Positions 11,295 to 23,575 of a stretch of 43,432 nucleotides of DNA are shown one piece after another (positions within the stretch are counted from its first letter, which is position 1; each line of letters starts with the position of its first letter). This stretch comes from Octopus bimaculoides (lineage: Eukaryota). The notes under the pieces were generated by a model that saw only the letters and a program-made list of their open reading frames with translations, was not told the origin of the DNA and searched no databases. Where the stretch lies: contig NC_068992.1 of the NCBI RefSeq assembly GCF_001194135.2, forward strand, positions 67,944,488-67,987,919, written 5' to 3'. The translations under genes and the position numbers were made by a program.

Positions 11295-12285
11295 CCTTGC
11301 TTGCTGCTGTCAGAATTAACAATACAATGCCAACCCACAAAATCACCCACAAAAATGTTTAAAAAATGAAAGAGTAAACAATTGTAAAATGAAACCACAG
11401 CATGGGCAATATCCCAGAGAAAACGAAGGAAAAGATAAGATCAACACTTGGAGATGGCTCAGAAAAAGTTATCTGAAAGGATGCACAGAGGCATTGATAG
11501 GCAGTGCCCAAGAACCAGCTCTGAGAACTAATTACCCCAAGTTCCAAATATATAGGAGTAGAGAATCGATCTTTTGTAAGATGTGTAATAGCAGAAACGA
11601 AACAATCTCACATATTGTAAGTGAGAATAGCAAGCTGTCCCAAATGTACTCGAAAAAGGGGCACGATAACGTGGCTAAGTTCGTCCAGTGCAAGCTATTT
11701 GAAAAGTACGGCCTGAACAAAGCACGGTAATGGTACGAACACGGACCAGAAGGAGTCACTGAGAACAAGGAATATTAGATACTGTGAGATTTTAGAATCG
11801 AATGTGACTCCCTAATCGAGGCTCGGAGATCAGACATTGTTTTGGTAGATAAAGAGAAAAGGAAACCAAGATTATAGTTATTGCAGCACCAGGAGATGCA
11901 CACATAAATGACAAAGAACTAGAAAAGACTAAGTACAGACTACTAAAAATGAAAGTGCAAGAATGTGGACCATGAGGAGAGTGTCTGTCAATACAGTAGT
12001 TGTAAGGGCACTCGGAGCACTAACAACCAAGTTCAAGAAATATATCACAGAAATCGGAACTGACATGAGAGCAGAGACTGCCCAAAAAACTGCTCTGTTG
12101 GGGACACCTAGGATTTTGAGATAGGTACTTGGACGACCAATGTCTCCTACAATGAGGAAAAACGAAGTATCAAAACTTATATTGTACTGAAAGAGACCCT
12201 GTGATACCTACGTTCCGATCTCCCGGGATCTACCAGAGCAAACAAGATCGAGCGCTATGTGAAGTAAAACAACAACAATAATAAT
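11295..12285 (+). mobile_element. R4/Dong-like LINE 3' fragment with CCHC knuckle, RLE and 3' UTR (copy C)
   Basis: QHGQY..TWRWL..TEALIGSAQEPALRTNY, CKMC..ETISHIVSEN (last Cys lost), HDNVA, WYEHGPE, I*DFRIECDSLIEARRSDIV. Multiple stops and frameshifts. Tail is (AAC)n(AAT)n. Confidence 0.88.
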
Positions 12286-12296
12286 ATCACTAATAA

Positions 12297-12875
12297 ATGC
12301 CCTGATGCAGTACCAGGCTGTGGCTCTCATGGCTTCTGATCTTACATGATTGAAAGTCTATATTGTTTTGTCATGTACATTGTTTTGTTTTGGTATAAAA
12401 GATGAGCTAGAGCAAATATGCCGCTCAATACAACAGAATTGCTTGTGAGTTATTCGACATTTACCAGATGTGTGTTCCCTTAGTAGCTGACAATATGTGC
12501 ATCTCCCATCACAAGCAAGAATAGTGAGAGAGCATCATAGCCATGTGTTGAGTGGAATTGTTTGGGGTTCATATAATTCACCTTTCGAAACATGGGTGTT
12601 TTGCTCAAAATCCTTAAATAAACCTTATTCAGGGACCTTTTGAGCGGGATGGGCTACTCGAACTGAACAAAATTCTAAGTGGGCACCACCTGCAAGCTCA
12701 TGCGCTGTTTATCTTCATATGAAATCACCATGTGACGCACATATGGTTGTGATGCAGGTGACTTGTGTACCCTTATCTGACGGGTAGTCATGATGGGTAT
12801 ACTGGGCTTCGTATATTTTACCCCAGTGTCACTTTGACGGCATGCACTGCTCTCTCACTCAATAATAATAATAAT
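12297..12875 (+). mobile_element. Non-coding ~565-bp element bounded by AAT repeats (probable non-autonomous retroposon or LINE 3' UTR)
   Basis: GC-richer block with sharp ends. It starts just after the AAT tail of copy C and ends in (AAT)5 at 12861-12875. The ORF track shows no ORF here. Confidence 0.55.
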
Positions 12876-13735
12876 AGTGACATAGAAAAATGACAAAGTT
12901 TAGAATACCATTTTTTAATGGGGAGATGAAATCAATAAAATCTATTATGAAGGCGAAAAAGAAAGACAATAACAAGCATATGATGCCGGCTAGACGAAAT
13001 GACTGCATTGGTGATTCACAGTAAATTAAATTATTTTAGCCTGAAGATCAAAACAATATTCACATTTATAAATATATATTCAGACAACAAAATAAATACA
13101 GATTTCAGATGTAGAAGTCTACAAAAAAGGGTTATAGAAAACCACGGACAAAAGAAAACGAATATATTTACTAAAATATGGAAATTACAAGAGATGAGTT
13201 ATATCGAAATAAAAACCAATATATTACTTAATATTAATAATCTCTGAATACACATTTGTTCTGCTTACGCCTGAAAAACAATAACGTAGCTGAAGGTAAT
13301 GACCTTTCCTATACTGGCAGATTCAATTCGTGTTTACTACAGTTTAAAATATAAACCATTAAAGCAAACACATTTAAACGGGAAAGAATGTATCGTCCTG
13401 AGTGGAGTAAGACCAAATAAATGTACACTAACACATACATGAGACAGGGATATACATTTTAATACACAATACATATAAGATAAAACGATTCAACATATAC
13501 ACATATTACAGACACAGCATCGATAAATGACATTCATAGACAATATCATGAAGCACACGAAAATCTCACAAACACAGTTGATATACGGCAATCAAACCCG
13601 AAATATAAATTAATACAGATTATGATAATATAATACAGAGACACAATCCAGTCGGGCGACATGTTGATCACATTCGTCACAAGATTTCAATGTATCGAAC
13701 TACATATATGTATGTGCATATGTAAATATGTGTGC

Positions 13736-13780
<45 letters not shown>

Positions 13781-13814
13781 ACGATTAATGGGAGAGACAA
13801 AGTGTACGTACGCC

Positions 13815-14150
13815 TATATATATATATATAATACAAAATGGGACAAGGGCGCAAATCGTTCAGAGAGACGATATGGAGAAAACAAGGACAGATCATTCGG
13901 AGTTGTCTTTCATCACTCGAGAACCAGATTATCTTTGCAATTTGGGCTGGTTATACTCAATATTGCTCCAATCTGGCCACCCCCAAGGAAAACCTAAGCT
14001 AAGAGCATTAGATTCCTTGGAAGAAAGCATCGAATGTATATAAAAAAAAGGACTGGATGTTTTGTTGGCCCTTTCTTGTATCTCCTAACTGTCTGGATAT
14101 TTTCCGCTCGTCCCATTTTGTATTATATATATATATATATATATAAATAT
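13815..14150. mobile_element. Two inverted copies of one repeat end (possibly Penelope-like) between (TA)n tracts
   Basis: TAATACAAAATGGGAC at 13829-13844 and its exact reverse complement at 14110-14125, each adjoining (TA)n. The family assignment is inference. Confidence 0.45.
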
Positions 14151-14690
14151 ATATAGCAAATAAGAAAACGGAGAGGATATAAAATCGACAGACATCAGCG
14201 GTAAACATTCCAGTATATCCATTTATTTAAATGTATTGGATGAATACACACAGAAGTATGAGTGGCACAGATTAGCGATTTGAAAAACTGTCGAGTTTAT
14301 ACCCTCTCCGCTCCCTTATCTCTCTCCTTCGTCTTCCTTTTCGCCACCTTCTTCCTAACTTTACCACTATTGCTGTTCCGTATAACACCTACGCAAATTT
14401 TATAAACCATACATTCAAAAGAGAAGTCTCAAGAATTCACTCAATACTACCATCGACAACGGGTCACTTAACATCCTACTACTATCATGGCACTGTCGCA
14501 TTTTTCTTCTTCCCTACCAAGAATTCACAACGACCTCGAACGCACAAGAGTAAACAAGAGAGGCAGAGACAGACAGAAACAAGGAAAATGCCCCTTGTAT
14601 TTGAATACTATGCAAATATTCATTTAAAAACTTTTCTTTTAATGTTTCCAAAATTTAATCGTTTTCCATACTTACAGTTGAAAAAGTCTC

Positions 14691-14693
<3 letters not shown>

Positions 14694-14758
<65 letters not shown>
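14694..14758. repeat. (TA)n microsatellite
   Basis: Read directly from the sequence. Confidence 0.98.
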
Positions 14759-14761
<3 letters not shown>

Positions 14762-16000
14762 ATTCATAAATACATACATATACATAAATCTATAGGTACA
14801 CATATATAAATCCATGTGAGTGTGCGTGTGTGTGCATCTCTGTAAAAATTTTTTTAATGGTCAAATAAAAATAATGTTTATGGTCGAATAAGTCCCCTAC
14901 ATACACAAAAAGGCAAATTATTAAACAATAGGGTTGAGTCAAAAGAATTTAGCGTTAATTTACAAACAGTCACATCTACAACCATAATACATAGGAACAT
15001 TAGCAAAACTAAGAGAAACGTTTAACTTAAAAACATCAGAGTAGGGGTTACTTAATAGGAATACATAATATTTAGAAGAGAAAGCCGACATTTCAAATTA
15101 TCGCCTCAGATAATTATGAGAAGCAATTTGGTATATTGATTTGAGAGGTTCCACAAGCATGAATTGTTAATGGGACCAAATTAAATATGCGTTTTAGAAA
15201 ATGCAATTAGGATGAAACTAAATTAATTGGACTGCTTAAATTAAATTGAAAAAAAAATTTGGTCATAACTTAAATCTTTCCGGTAAATTATTTTCTGCTT
15301 AAAAATCAACCTGTCAGCTTAGATATTTCAGCCATCTTTATTTGATTTCGGAAAGAAATATAAATGCTTGATAACCAGAGTGGGGTTTGGACAGACGCAG
15401 AAAATGATTATAATACGATGTATCAGCGAAATAAAATTGCTGATCAAATCTACAAAAATTGTAATATGAGAAGTGAGTAGTTAATTGCTAGTATTTTGAA
15501 ATTTTAATGGTTACAAGATGGTGCGTATTACTACAAATACCTTGAGTTACGACGTAATGATAAGATTACTAAAAATATAAAAATTTATCTTAGCATGCAT
15601 AACCAACATACTTTACTATTCAGGTTGTATTTCACGTATGTAACAACAGTGTAATTTATGCAATTCCTTTCATTATCTAACAAGGGATACACATATATAT
15701 TGTCAATCATGCACAAGTACACACACACAAACACGCCCACACGGACACGCTCACATCCACGCATACATCTAAATGCATATAACAGACGCCTCTGTATTTG
15801 AAATCAAAACCAGAAAATTCTGCAGAAGATAGTAGAAGCTTAACGAAACATATTACAAACAATTGTAATGAAACAATGTGTGGTCTGCATCTGGAAAATT
15901 CACACATTTCTTTCATTACGAGTATTCTCTGAGGAGTATCATATTTTCCTAATAATCATGTGTACATCTTTTGGATGTTGTTTGTGTTTATATATATATA

Positions 16001-16676
16001 TCGCACTTGTTTTTTTTTTCAATTTATTTACACAAAGCAGGAGATAAACAAGTACGTCATTTTTCTATAAAGTCTCCTTCCTTTCCGATGCGCTTGGTCC
16101 ACCGGTCCACAAGCTTGCATATTCTCTCCAAGAAGTTTTTCGATTGGTCGTGCAACTATCTCTGCACCGCTTCATTCACATCATCATTCATAGGAAATCG
16201 ACGATCTCGTAAACCCTCTTTGAACGGTGCACAGATATGATACTTGAAAGGGGGCGAGATCTGGGCTGTAGGCCCAGCGCCTTCAGACAAAATTGATTAA
16301 TAGTTTCAACAGTTTTCGCGGCCATGTGCGGGCGTGCATTTTCATGCAACAGCAAAACCGACGACAATCGGCTTCGGCGTTTGGTACGAATTGCTGGCTT
16401 CATTTTGTTGGCCAGCAAAGCACTGTATCTTGCATTGTCGATCGTACACCCCTTTTCCATAGAAATCGGATCACTGCTATATGTTATTTGATGCACATTG
16501 CTAGTGGATCGACCATGCTGTAAAGTCAAAAAGAAAGATGGTGCGAATAGGCTCAAACTTCGATCATCACGTGACTTCAATAGTACCAATTGTAAGCACG
16601 CATGCGCTGAAGGCAATGTAACAATAATAAACTTATGTTCTGGCGAAAGTGCGGATAATTTTTTACTTCCTCCCGT
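16001..16676 (-). mobile_element. Internally deleted mariner transposon relic
   Basis: 5' TIR-like sequence at 16648-16676 (minus strand acgggaggaagtaaaaaattatccgcact). N-terminal ..AVIRFLW joins directly to catalytic-domain KG.TIDNARY, LLLHENARPH, YSPDLAP and KLVDRWTK..KEGDFIEK*. Confidence 0.85.
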
Positions 16677-17036
16677 GGCTTTGTGATAAGTAGCTCGGTT
16701 CCCAACTACATGGTTCCGGGTTCAGACTCAATGCGTGGCAATTTTGGCAAGTGTCTTCTATAGCCTCGGGTCGACCAAAGCCTTGTGAATGGATTTGGTA
16801 GACGGAAACTGAAAGAAGCCCATCGTATATGTGTGTGTGTCTGTGTGTCCGTCCCCTCCACCATCGCTTGACAACCGTTGTTGCTGTGTTTATGTACCCG
16901 TAATATAGCGGTTTGGCAAAAGAGACAGATAGAATAAGTACTAGGCTTACAAAGAACAAGTCTTGGGGGTCGATTTGTGCGACTAATGGCGGTTCTCCAG
17001 CATGGCCGCAGTCAAATGATTGAAACAAATAAAAGA
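16674..17036 (+). mobile_element. Near full-length tRNA-derived SINE, CORE-like family
   Basis: tRNA-like head (ggttccgggttcag), CORE-like ttggcaagtgtctt, internal (TG)n, and 3' tail ggcggttctccagcatggccgcagtcaaatgattgaaac. Homologous copies at 22379, 38639 and 42642. Confidence 0.88.
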
Positions 17037-17115
<79 letters not shown>

Positions 17116-17132
17116 CACACACACACACACAC
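17037..17132. repeat. (TA)n then (CA)n microsatellite
   Basis: Read directly from the sequence. Confidence 0.97.
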
Positions 17133-17159
17133 AACTGCTTTCGGATCCTTTTACAGGTA

Positions 17160-17285
17160 AGAAAACTGAAGGAGCGCTGCAATAAGTGTGTGAATCTGAG
17201 AGGGGAATTTGTTGAATAAAATCGTAATTAATCTTCCTTTAGTTTTGTTTATGCAAACCCAGGACGTTTTCAGCAAACCTTCGTA
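17160..17285 (+). mobile_element. Mariner 3' end with TIR
   Basis: KLKERCNKCVNLRGEFVE* is a typical mariner C-terminus. It is followed by TIR-like ccaggacgttttcagcaaaccttcg and TA. Confidence 0.75.
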
Positions 17286-20200
17286 TATAGATTTACATCT
17301 AGATGTGTGTGTGTGCGCCATGAAAACAGAAATATCCTGTTTTTAATTCTTAGATTTTATGTCAGTCATGTAATATGTCTGACTGCTCCCCTCGCTTTTG
17401 GCGTCTTGACGTTTCACGTAAAAAAAATTTCTCGATGAATACAAGTGAATATTGTTAAGACAATACGTCTCTGTTGCACATACCGGTCTACGCTGCAAGG
17501 AATTTTATGCATTTAATATTTTAACGGAAACAAATAAATGTGATTAGTTCTAATGAATGCCGGTGGATAAAGTCAATACATATTACATTTACTGGTAGTT
17601 TGATATATATTTGTGTTGATTGTTATCTTGTGCCCGTGTGTGTATACTACCATGTGTGTATATGTGTGCATGCGTGTTCGTGTGAGTGTATATATGGTTT
17701 TTGTGTAAATTTGTGTGAATATACACGTGTATATGTGGGTGTATGAACTAAATATTGCAATGATTCAACACCACAAAAATGGAATGGAAAGCTTTAAAAT
17801 TCATTTCAATAATTTAGATTCAAATATAAAACATGACTATTTTAAAAATGCGTGTTATTCGTGACGTAGGCAAGAATTGGTCATTTTTAGATGTGAAATT
17901 AAATACAAAGTTATTTGTTTACATCGAATATTGATTGTATTTACGAAGCTAATAATGTAATAATTGCTATTTTAACAGAGGTGCCATTTAACACACATTT
18001 CCACTGGAAACAGAATTGTATGAAGTTCAAATTAGGATTTTGTTGTTGTGGGCTTTCATTCTCAAATTCATTTTTCAATAAAATCATAATACATCCCAAA
18101 AATCGAAATACAATAGAACCTAAAATTATATTTTTATCTTATATCCTGAAGCTCACAATGCTAACTTTCTTCCGTTGATCAAAATTATTTTTCAGACGCT
18201 TTTATTTTGTGTAGAACAAGAAATTATTGAGTCACTGTCAGTTAAACATCTTTACTTCAGTTTCATAACCATTAACATTCACTGAGAACGCGTGGAAATG
18301 AATTCTCGTCTAAATCACACTGCATACAATTTCTGATAGCTGTAAATCTGACACACACCAAAAGATCACATACCTATGCAAGTTATGCTGAGTAATTGTA
18401 AAAGGAGGTGTTTAAATGGATTGAAACATCTGAAAAAACCTTAAATATGAACCGACTTTCCTTTTCTCAGCTTGTTTTCGTACGTCATCACAGTCTCTAT
18501 TAACGAGAAAAATATCTTAACATGCTACTGACTATTGTTTATATGATCACATGATTACTATACATAGACAAATTTCAAATCAGATACAACAGGAGGTATT
18601 GTTTGGAAACGGTGTAATAGTCGACTGTGTATTTTACTCTCAAAGCCAATTTATGAATTTCATTAAATTAGTCACCCGTTACCTTTTGTTACTGTTTCAC
18701 TAATGATTTTCTTTATCGTTTTTGTTTTATACATAAGTCTTTCCAAAGTGCATATTCTAATTCAGAATAAAAGGTTACGTGATTTTCTTTATGCACTATA
18801 TAGCTAATGAACTTTTTCTTAATTAAAATCAATAAAAGTAATAATTTTATAACAAAATCAATAATAAGAGAAAGATCTTTTATTACCAACAAAAGCGCAA
18901 TTATATTAGAAAGTCTGAAAATGTTTTACAAGATGTATATTACCGGTTAGATCAGATACATAGGAATGTGTGAAGACATATCAAAAACTTAATAAGCACA
19001 AAATAAGTGTTAAAGTGTTGAAAACGTCAAATTTAAAACAATATATCGTGAGGGTGATGACTTTCAAAGCATTCTGAGTTCTCACCTGCTACGAAAACAC
19101 TCCAGTCAGAGCCCAAGCATTTCCTGCTCGCCTCTGGCACAATATACTTTCCTGGTGTCGAAATCACATGTAAACATTAAAGTACTGAATTGTATTCTAT
19201 ATTATGTTGACCATGGAAGAATTTGATCTCTGTTTGCAGAAATCTGGAATGAATACCGCACCAAATACTGCATCGCTAATACACTGATTCGCATGTGTAT
19301 ATACATTCAAACATACACACACTCACAGTATAAGTGTGTATGTATGGGTGAATTGTATATGCGTGCGTAGAGCGCAACATTTCAAATTTGTTATGATGCT
19401 GGATATATATTTGATATTAGAGAAATAACATTCTGTGAACATATGGCTTGCTCTAAGTATAATCTATTGCTTTATTCTTTACGCTTGTTTTTACGCATCT
19501 TCACTATTGGAAAAGCGTTTAAAAATTTCAAATAGAATTGATTTTTGTTTTCCTGATATTTTGCGCACATAGATCCCCTATGTTGCTTCAAGCGGTGTAT
19601 ATTATTTTTATTTAAATCTAGGTATTTTATTAAATATTGGCATCCAAGGAAATGTTTGTGATATTTTTTAAGGGATTATAGTTTATTAAAGAATAGTACC
19701 GATTCACAAAATATATTGATTTTTCACAAACACGTACATATATGTACACGCACGCACACACATGCACACATACATGTGTGTGTGTGTGTGTGTGTATCTA
19801 AGATGTCCTCTTTGAAGACTTCTCTAGAAATCTTTTCAATGACTTGGAAGTATCTTTTTTCTTATATATTTTTGCAATTTGTTTCCCTGTTAGAACGTTT
19901 CGTACTAACTGTAGTTTAAATTTACGATAATCGAAATGTTGAGTAGAACATTCTAAGGCTCCAGGACATCTCAAACTTTAAATACCCGGCTCCACAGCAA
20001 TCAACCACTTAAATGAACTTGTGTTGAAATATCTTTGGTTTTCTGAAATCCAGTCTTACATTCCTTAATACCTTACTTATGCAGGCGAACATATACAATG
20101 TTAAGGATCATATAATTCCTTTAAGTTCAGAATGAGAGAGACATCCGTGTATTAGGTTTTTTGTTTCCTTCTGTTTTAGGACAGAAAATAAAACTTTACT

Positions 20201-21679
20201 GATTTATTTATTTAACCAGTAGAAAGAGAAGTCACATTGCAAAGTATGTCAAACATATTCATTTCGCATATTCATCACAACACACACGTAATCATCTGAA
20301 TTTTTACTAACTTCAACGATTGAAGTTTTTAAAGATATCTTTTACTATATTAATCTACTTTATCGTATTGATTTCTTTTTTTTTTTTGTCTTATTTTTCT
20401 AACATTTTTGTTTTTCTCATTTCTGTAAGCCTATATTTTTCCTGAACACCCACATATCTTTTCTCCCAACGAAACAACATTCGCTTTCGAAATTATTGTC
20501 AATATAATCAGTTTCAGTTATGCGTAACGTATATTTTTTCCGATTACAAACAAAATATTTCTCCTGACATCTCCAAAATTGACGCCCGTGTCATTTACTA
20601 TGATACATTATAGTTTACTAAAAGTCATTTACCTTGATGTAAGCCGAAGTGTCTGTCTATATTTTTCTTATAATATTTCTTCCTAATACCCATAAATTAC
20701 ATGAAGATAGAACGCCTGAAAGAATACAATGGCTTCAAATTTGGAAACATACTATAGCACTTTTCCTCCATTTCTTCTATAAATAGCAATAGAGATTTTA
20801 AATTTATGTATAAAGTGCAACATTTTGAGAAACTTCTGATATATAGCAAATTATGTACGTGTGTGCAAATATATGTGTAAATATATGTATGATTATATTA
20901 TAGATGCGTGCGTGTGTTTTGTAGATAGATAGATAGATAGATGCATACATACATGGGGTTCAAATTCACAACATCTCTTATGGCAGCATTTAACTGATGC
21001 ATTCTTACATTACATCATGGCAAAATGCAATTACCTTTAGGTAAATCTTAAACATATAAACAGGTAAGACAGAAATAGAAGAAAACTTGTTCACGAATAA
21101 CCATGGCGAGCTAGTCGCCTTCTTTTTCTTTCTTACCTATCTATATGTTTACATTTTAACGGACGATAGCAGATTTTTTGCCATGACACAATAAAATAAT
21201 GCATCAATAACACGCTACCGAAACAGCTGTTTTGAATTCTGAACCACACTTCTTGTGTTCCACATTACAAATAAGCAATAGGCTATATTTGGAACCATCC
21301 CTGATATATATATATATATATGTGCACATACAGGCATACGTCACTAAAGCGACTGAGGGCGCTATTCAACACCAATATTCCTAGAAATAAGTGCCAAAAC
21401 AACTCATCGCCACAATAAAGATCATCGTATTGACTGAGAAGGGAAGCCAGCTCCCTTAGCACCGGGCATAACCAGATCACCAGTTATTTCTCATTTACAT
21501 TAATGCCCGTCGGTGACTCTCACCAGTACAATCAGAGAGTACACTGATGTTTGTAGGGATGAGATTAGCCTCTGGGTAAGAAAGAGGATTTCCGTCGATT
21601 TTAATTGGCTATGCAGGAGGTGGGAGGTAAATGCAGAAACCTAAGAGCCGACAAGATACATTAGTATTATATAACTTAA

Positions 21680-22378
21680 GGAACAGTCAGTCTGCGCCAG
21701 CAGTCCACCTTAAATTTTTCTGTCATTTCTTTCTCCATCAATTTATCCATTTCCAAAATCCCCAAGCACTTATAACCCGTCTCTTCTATCTGTTTCATAA
21801 CCTCCCCCGACCTTATCTTTAGCCCGTCCATACATTTGATTTTGCCTCTCTTCAAGACTAACATACCACACTTTCGCAGTCCGAACTCCATTCTGATATC
21901 AGCACTGAAGGTATATATCGTATTAACGAGGGAACTGACTTGGGCTTCATCTTTACCATAAAGTTTGATGTCATCCATGAATAACAAATGGTTGACTTTT
22001 TGTTGGCGGCTTATGAATACATACCCAGCTTTTGCTTTCCTCGGAATCAGTGTTAGTGGTATCAAGCACAGTACAAAGATCATTGGGGACAAGCAGTCCC
22101 TTTAGAATATGCCCCTCCTAAATTCTACTTTCGTTAGACTTCTTGCGTATGCTGTCAGGTCCATCCTCCAATTTGCCATAGTTTTTCCAAGCAATCGCTC
22201 AACTTTCCACATAGGTTCATACACTCCATAATCCAAGAATGTGGGATCATATCGTACGCCTTACGATAGTCGATCCATGATAGAGTTAAATTACTTTTCC
22301 TTCTCTTGCACTCTCTAAGTACAGTCTCTCAGTGCAGATCAACTACCACGAGCTGATCTTTAGTACCTCTGCACTTAG
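21680..22378 (-). mobile_element. R4/Dong-like LINE reverse transcriptase fragment
   Basis: RGTKDQL, WIDYRKAYDMIPHSW, RRGIF*RDCLSP, NHLLFMDDIKLY, MEFGLRKC, YKCLGILE. Contains a stop and frameshifts. Confidence 0.9.
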
Positions 22379-22538
22379 GATACTGGTGTGTTTACGTCCC
22401 CGTAACTTAGCGGTTCCGCATAAGTCATCAATGGAATAAGTACTAGGCTTACAAAGAATAAGTCCTGGGGTCTATTTGCTCGACTAATGGCGGTGCTCCA
22501 GCATGGCCACAGGCAAAAGCCTGAAGTAATAAAAGAAT
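22379..22538 (+). mobile_element. 5'-truncated CORE-like SINE (3' half)
   Basis: aataagtactaggcttacaaagaataagtcctgggg...ggcggtgctccagcatggcc matches the copy at 16674. Confidence 0.85.
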
Positions 22539-23575
22539 ACTAAAATATTCAAATAGTCTCTGAATAATTCGTAAATCAAACTGTTTCTATTTATGGTTCA
22601 CGGAATGTGAAGAATCGATTTATTATTTTTTTCTTTTATAACAAAAAACTATATTAAGAGTAACTATAAACCAACACCCACAATTTAGTGAATAAGATAT
22701 TCTAATTTATATCACGTAACGTGGATGTATTGTAATGTTTAATGGAATTTGTTGATACGTTTGTTGTCAATGATGATAGCTTCAAACCCTTGTAAACCAA
22801 GGGAGATTATCTTTTCCGAATTTTTAAAAATAATTGGTGTTATATAAATTGGATTCCATGGGCCTTACTTAAACAGCCATTTGTTTCTCATGATTAGGTC
22901 TAGAATCGATTGTATTCAATTAATAAGAAATGGTTAGCAACAAACTTAAGTAGTTATAACAATTTACATCTCCTCCAAAGTTGTTAACATCTCTTAAAGC
23001 GAAAACCACATATAGGTATTAATTGTACATGTTGGTTACTAAATAGACATTTTTTTATAACTCGAATGACATCTAAAATACTCATTTGATAATTAATTCG
23101 ATAATTACAAAAATATGTAGCAGTTTAAACATAATTTTTACTTGCGTGATTTAGATTTGAATTTTCAAACTTTGATCCATATTTTAATTTAAATAAAATA
23201 TAAATAAATTTTAAAATAAACTATCGCAAAGACATAATCGTAATTGCAGAGTCAGGAACGTATATTCCCATTAGAGACGCCTATGAAACTAAACACAACT
23301 TTCATCAAATTGAAATCGTTGCATTTTATATCTTCATAAACACAAATAATAACCAATGCAAAGAAATAAATACTTGTTCAATTTAGTATTTCGTGTTTTA
23401 TTTCTGAATAGCAATTTATATCAGAATGTTGATGAATTTAATTTTAATTAAATATTCTTGTAAATTTTAACGTTGTCCTTTGCCAGTCTGAGTTGATATT
23501 GCAATAAAATAGTTACCTCAGGTACTTGTAGATGTAAGTCTATATATATGCGCACGTTTTCATACAAACAGACGC

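Noticed and set aside
16188-16616. 142-aa ORF as a functional transposase
   Set aside because: It begins in the 5' UTR, crosses the internal deletion and frameshifts before YSPDLAP. It is a relic only.
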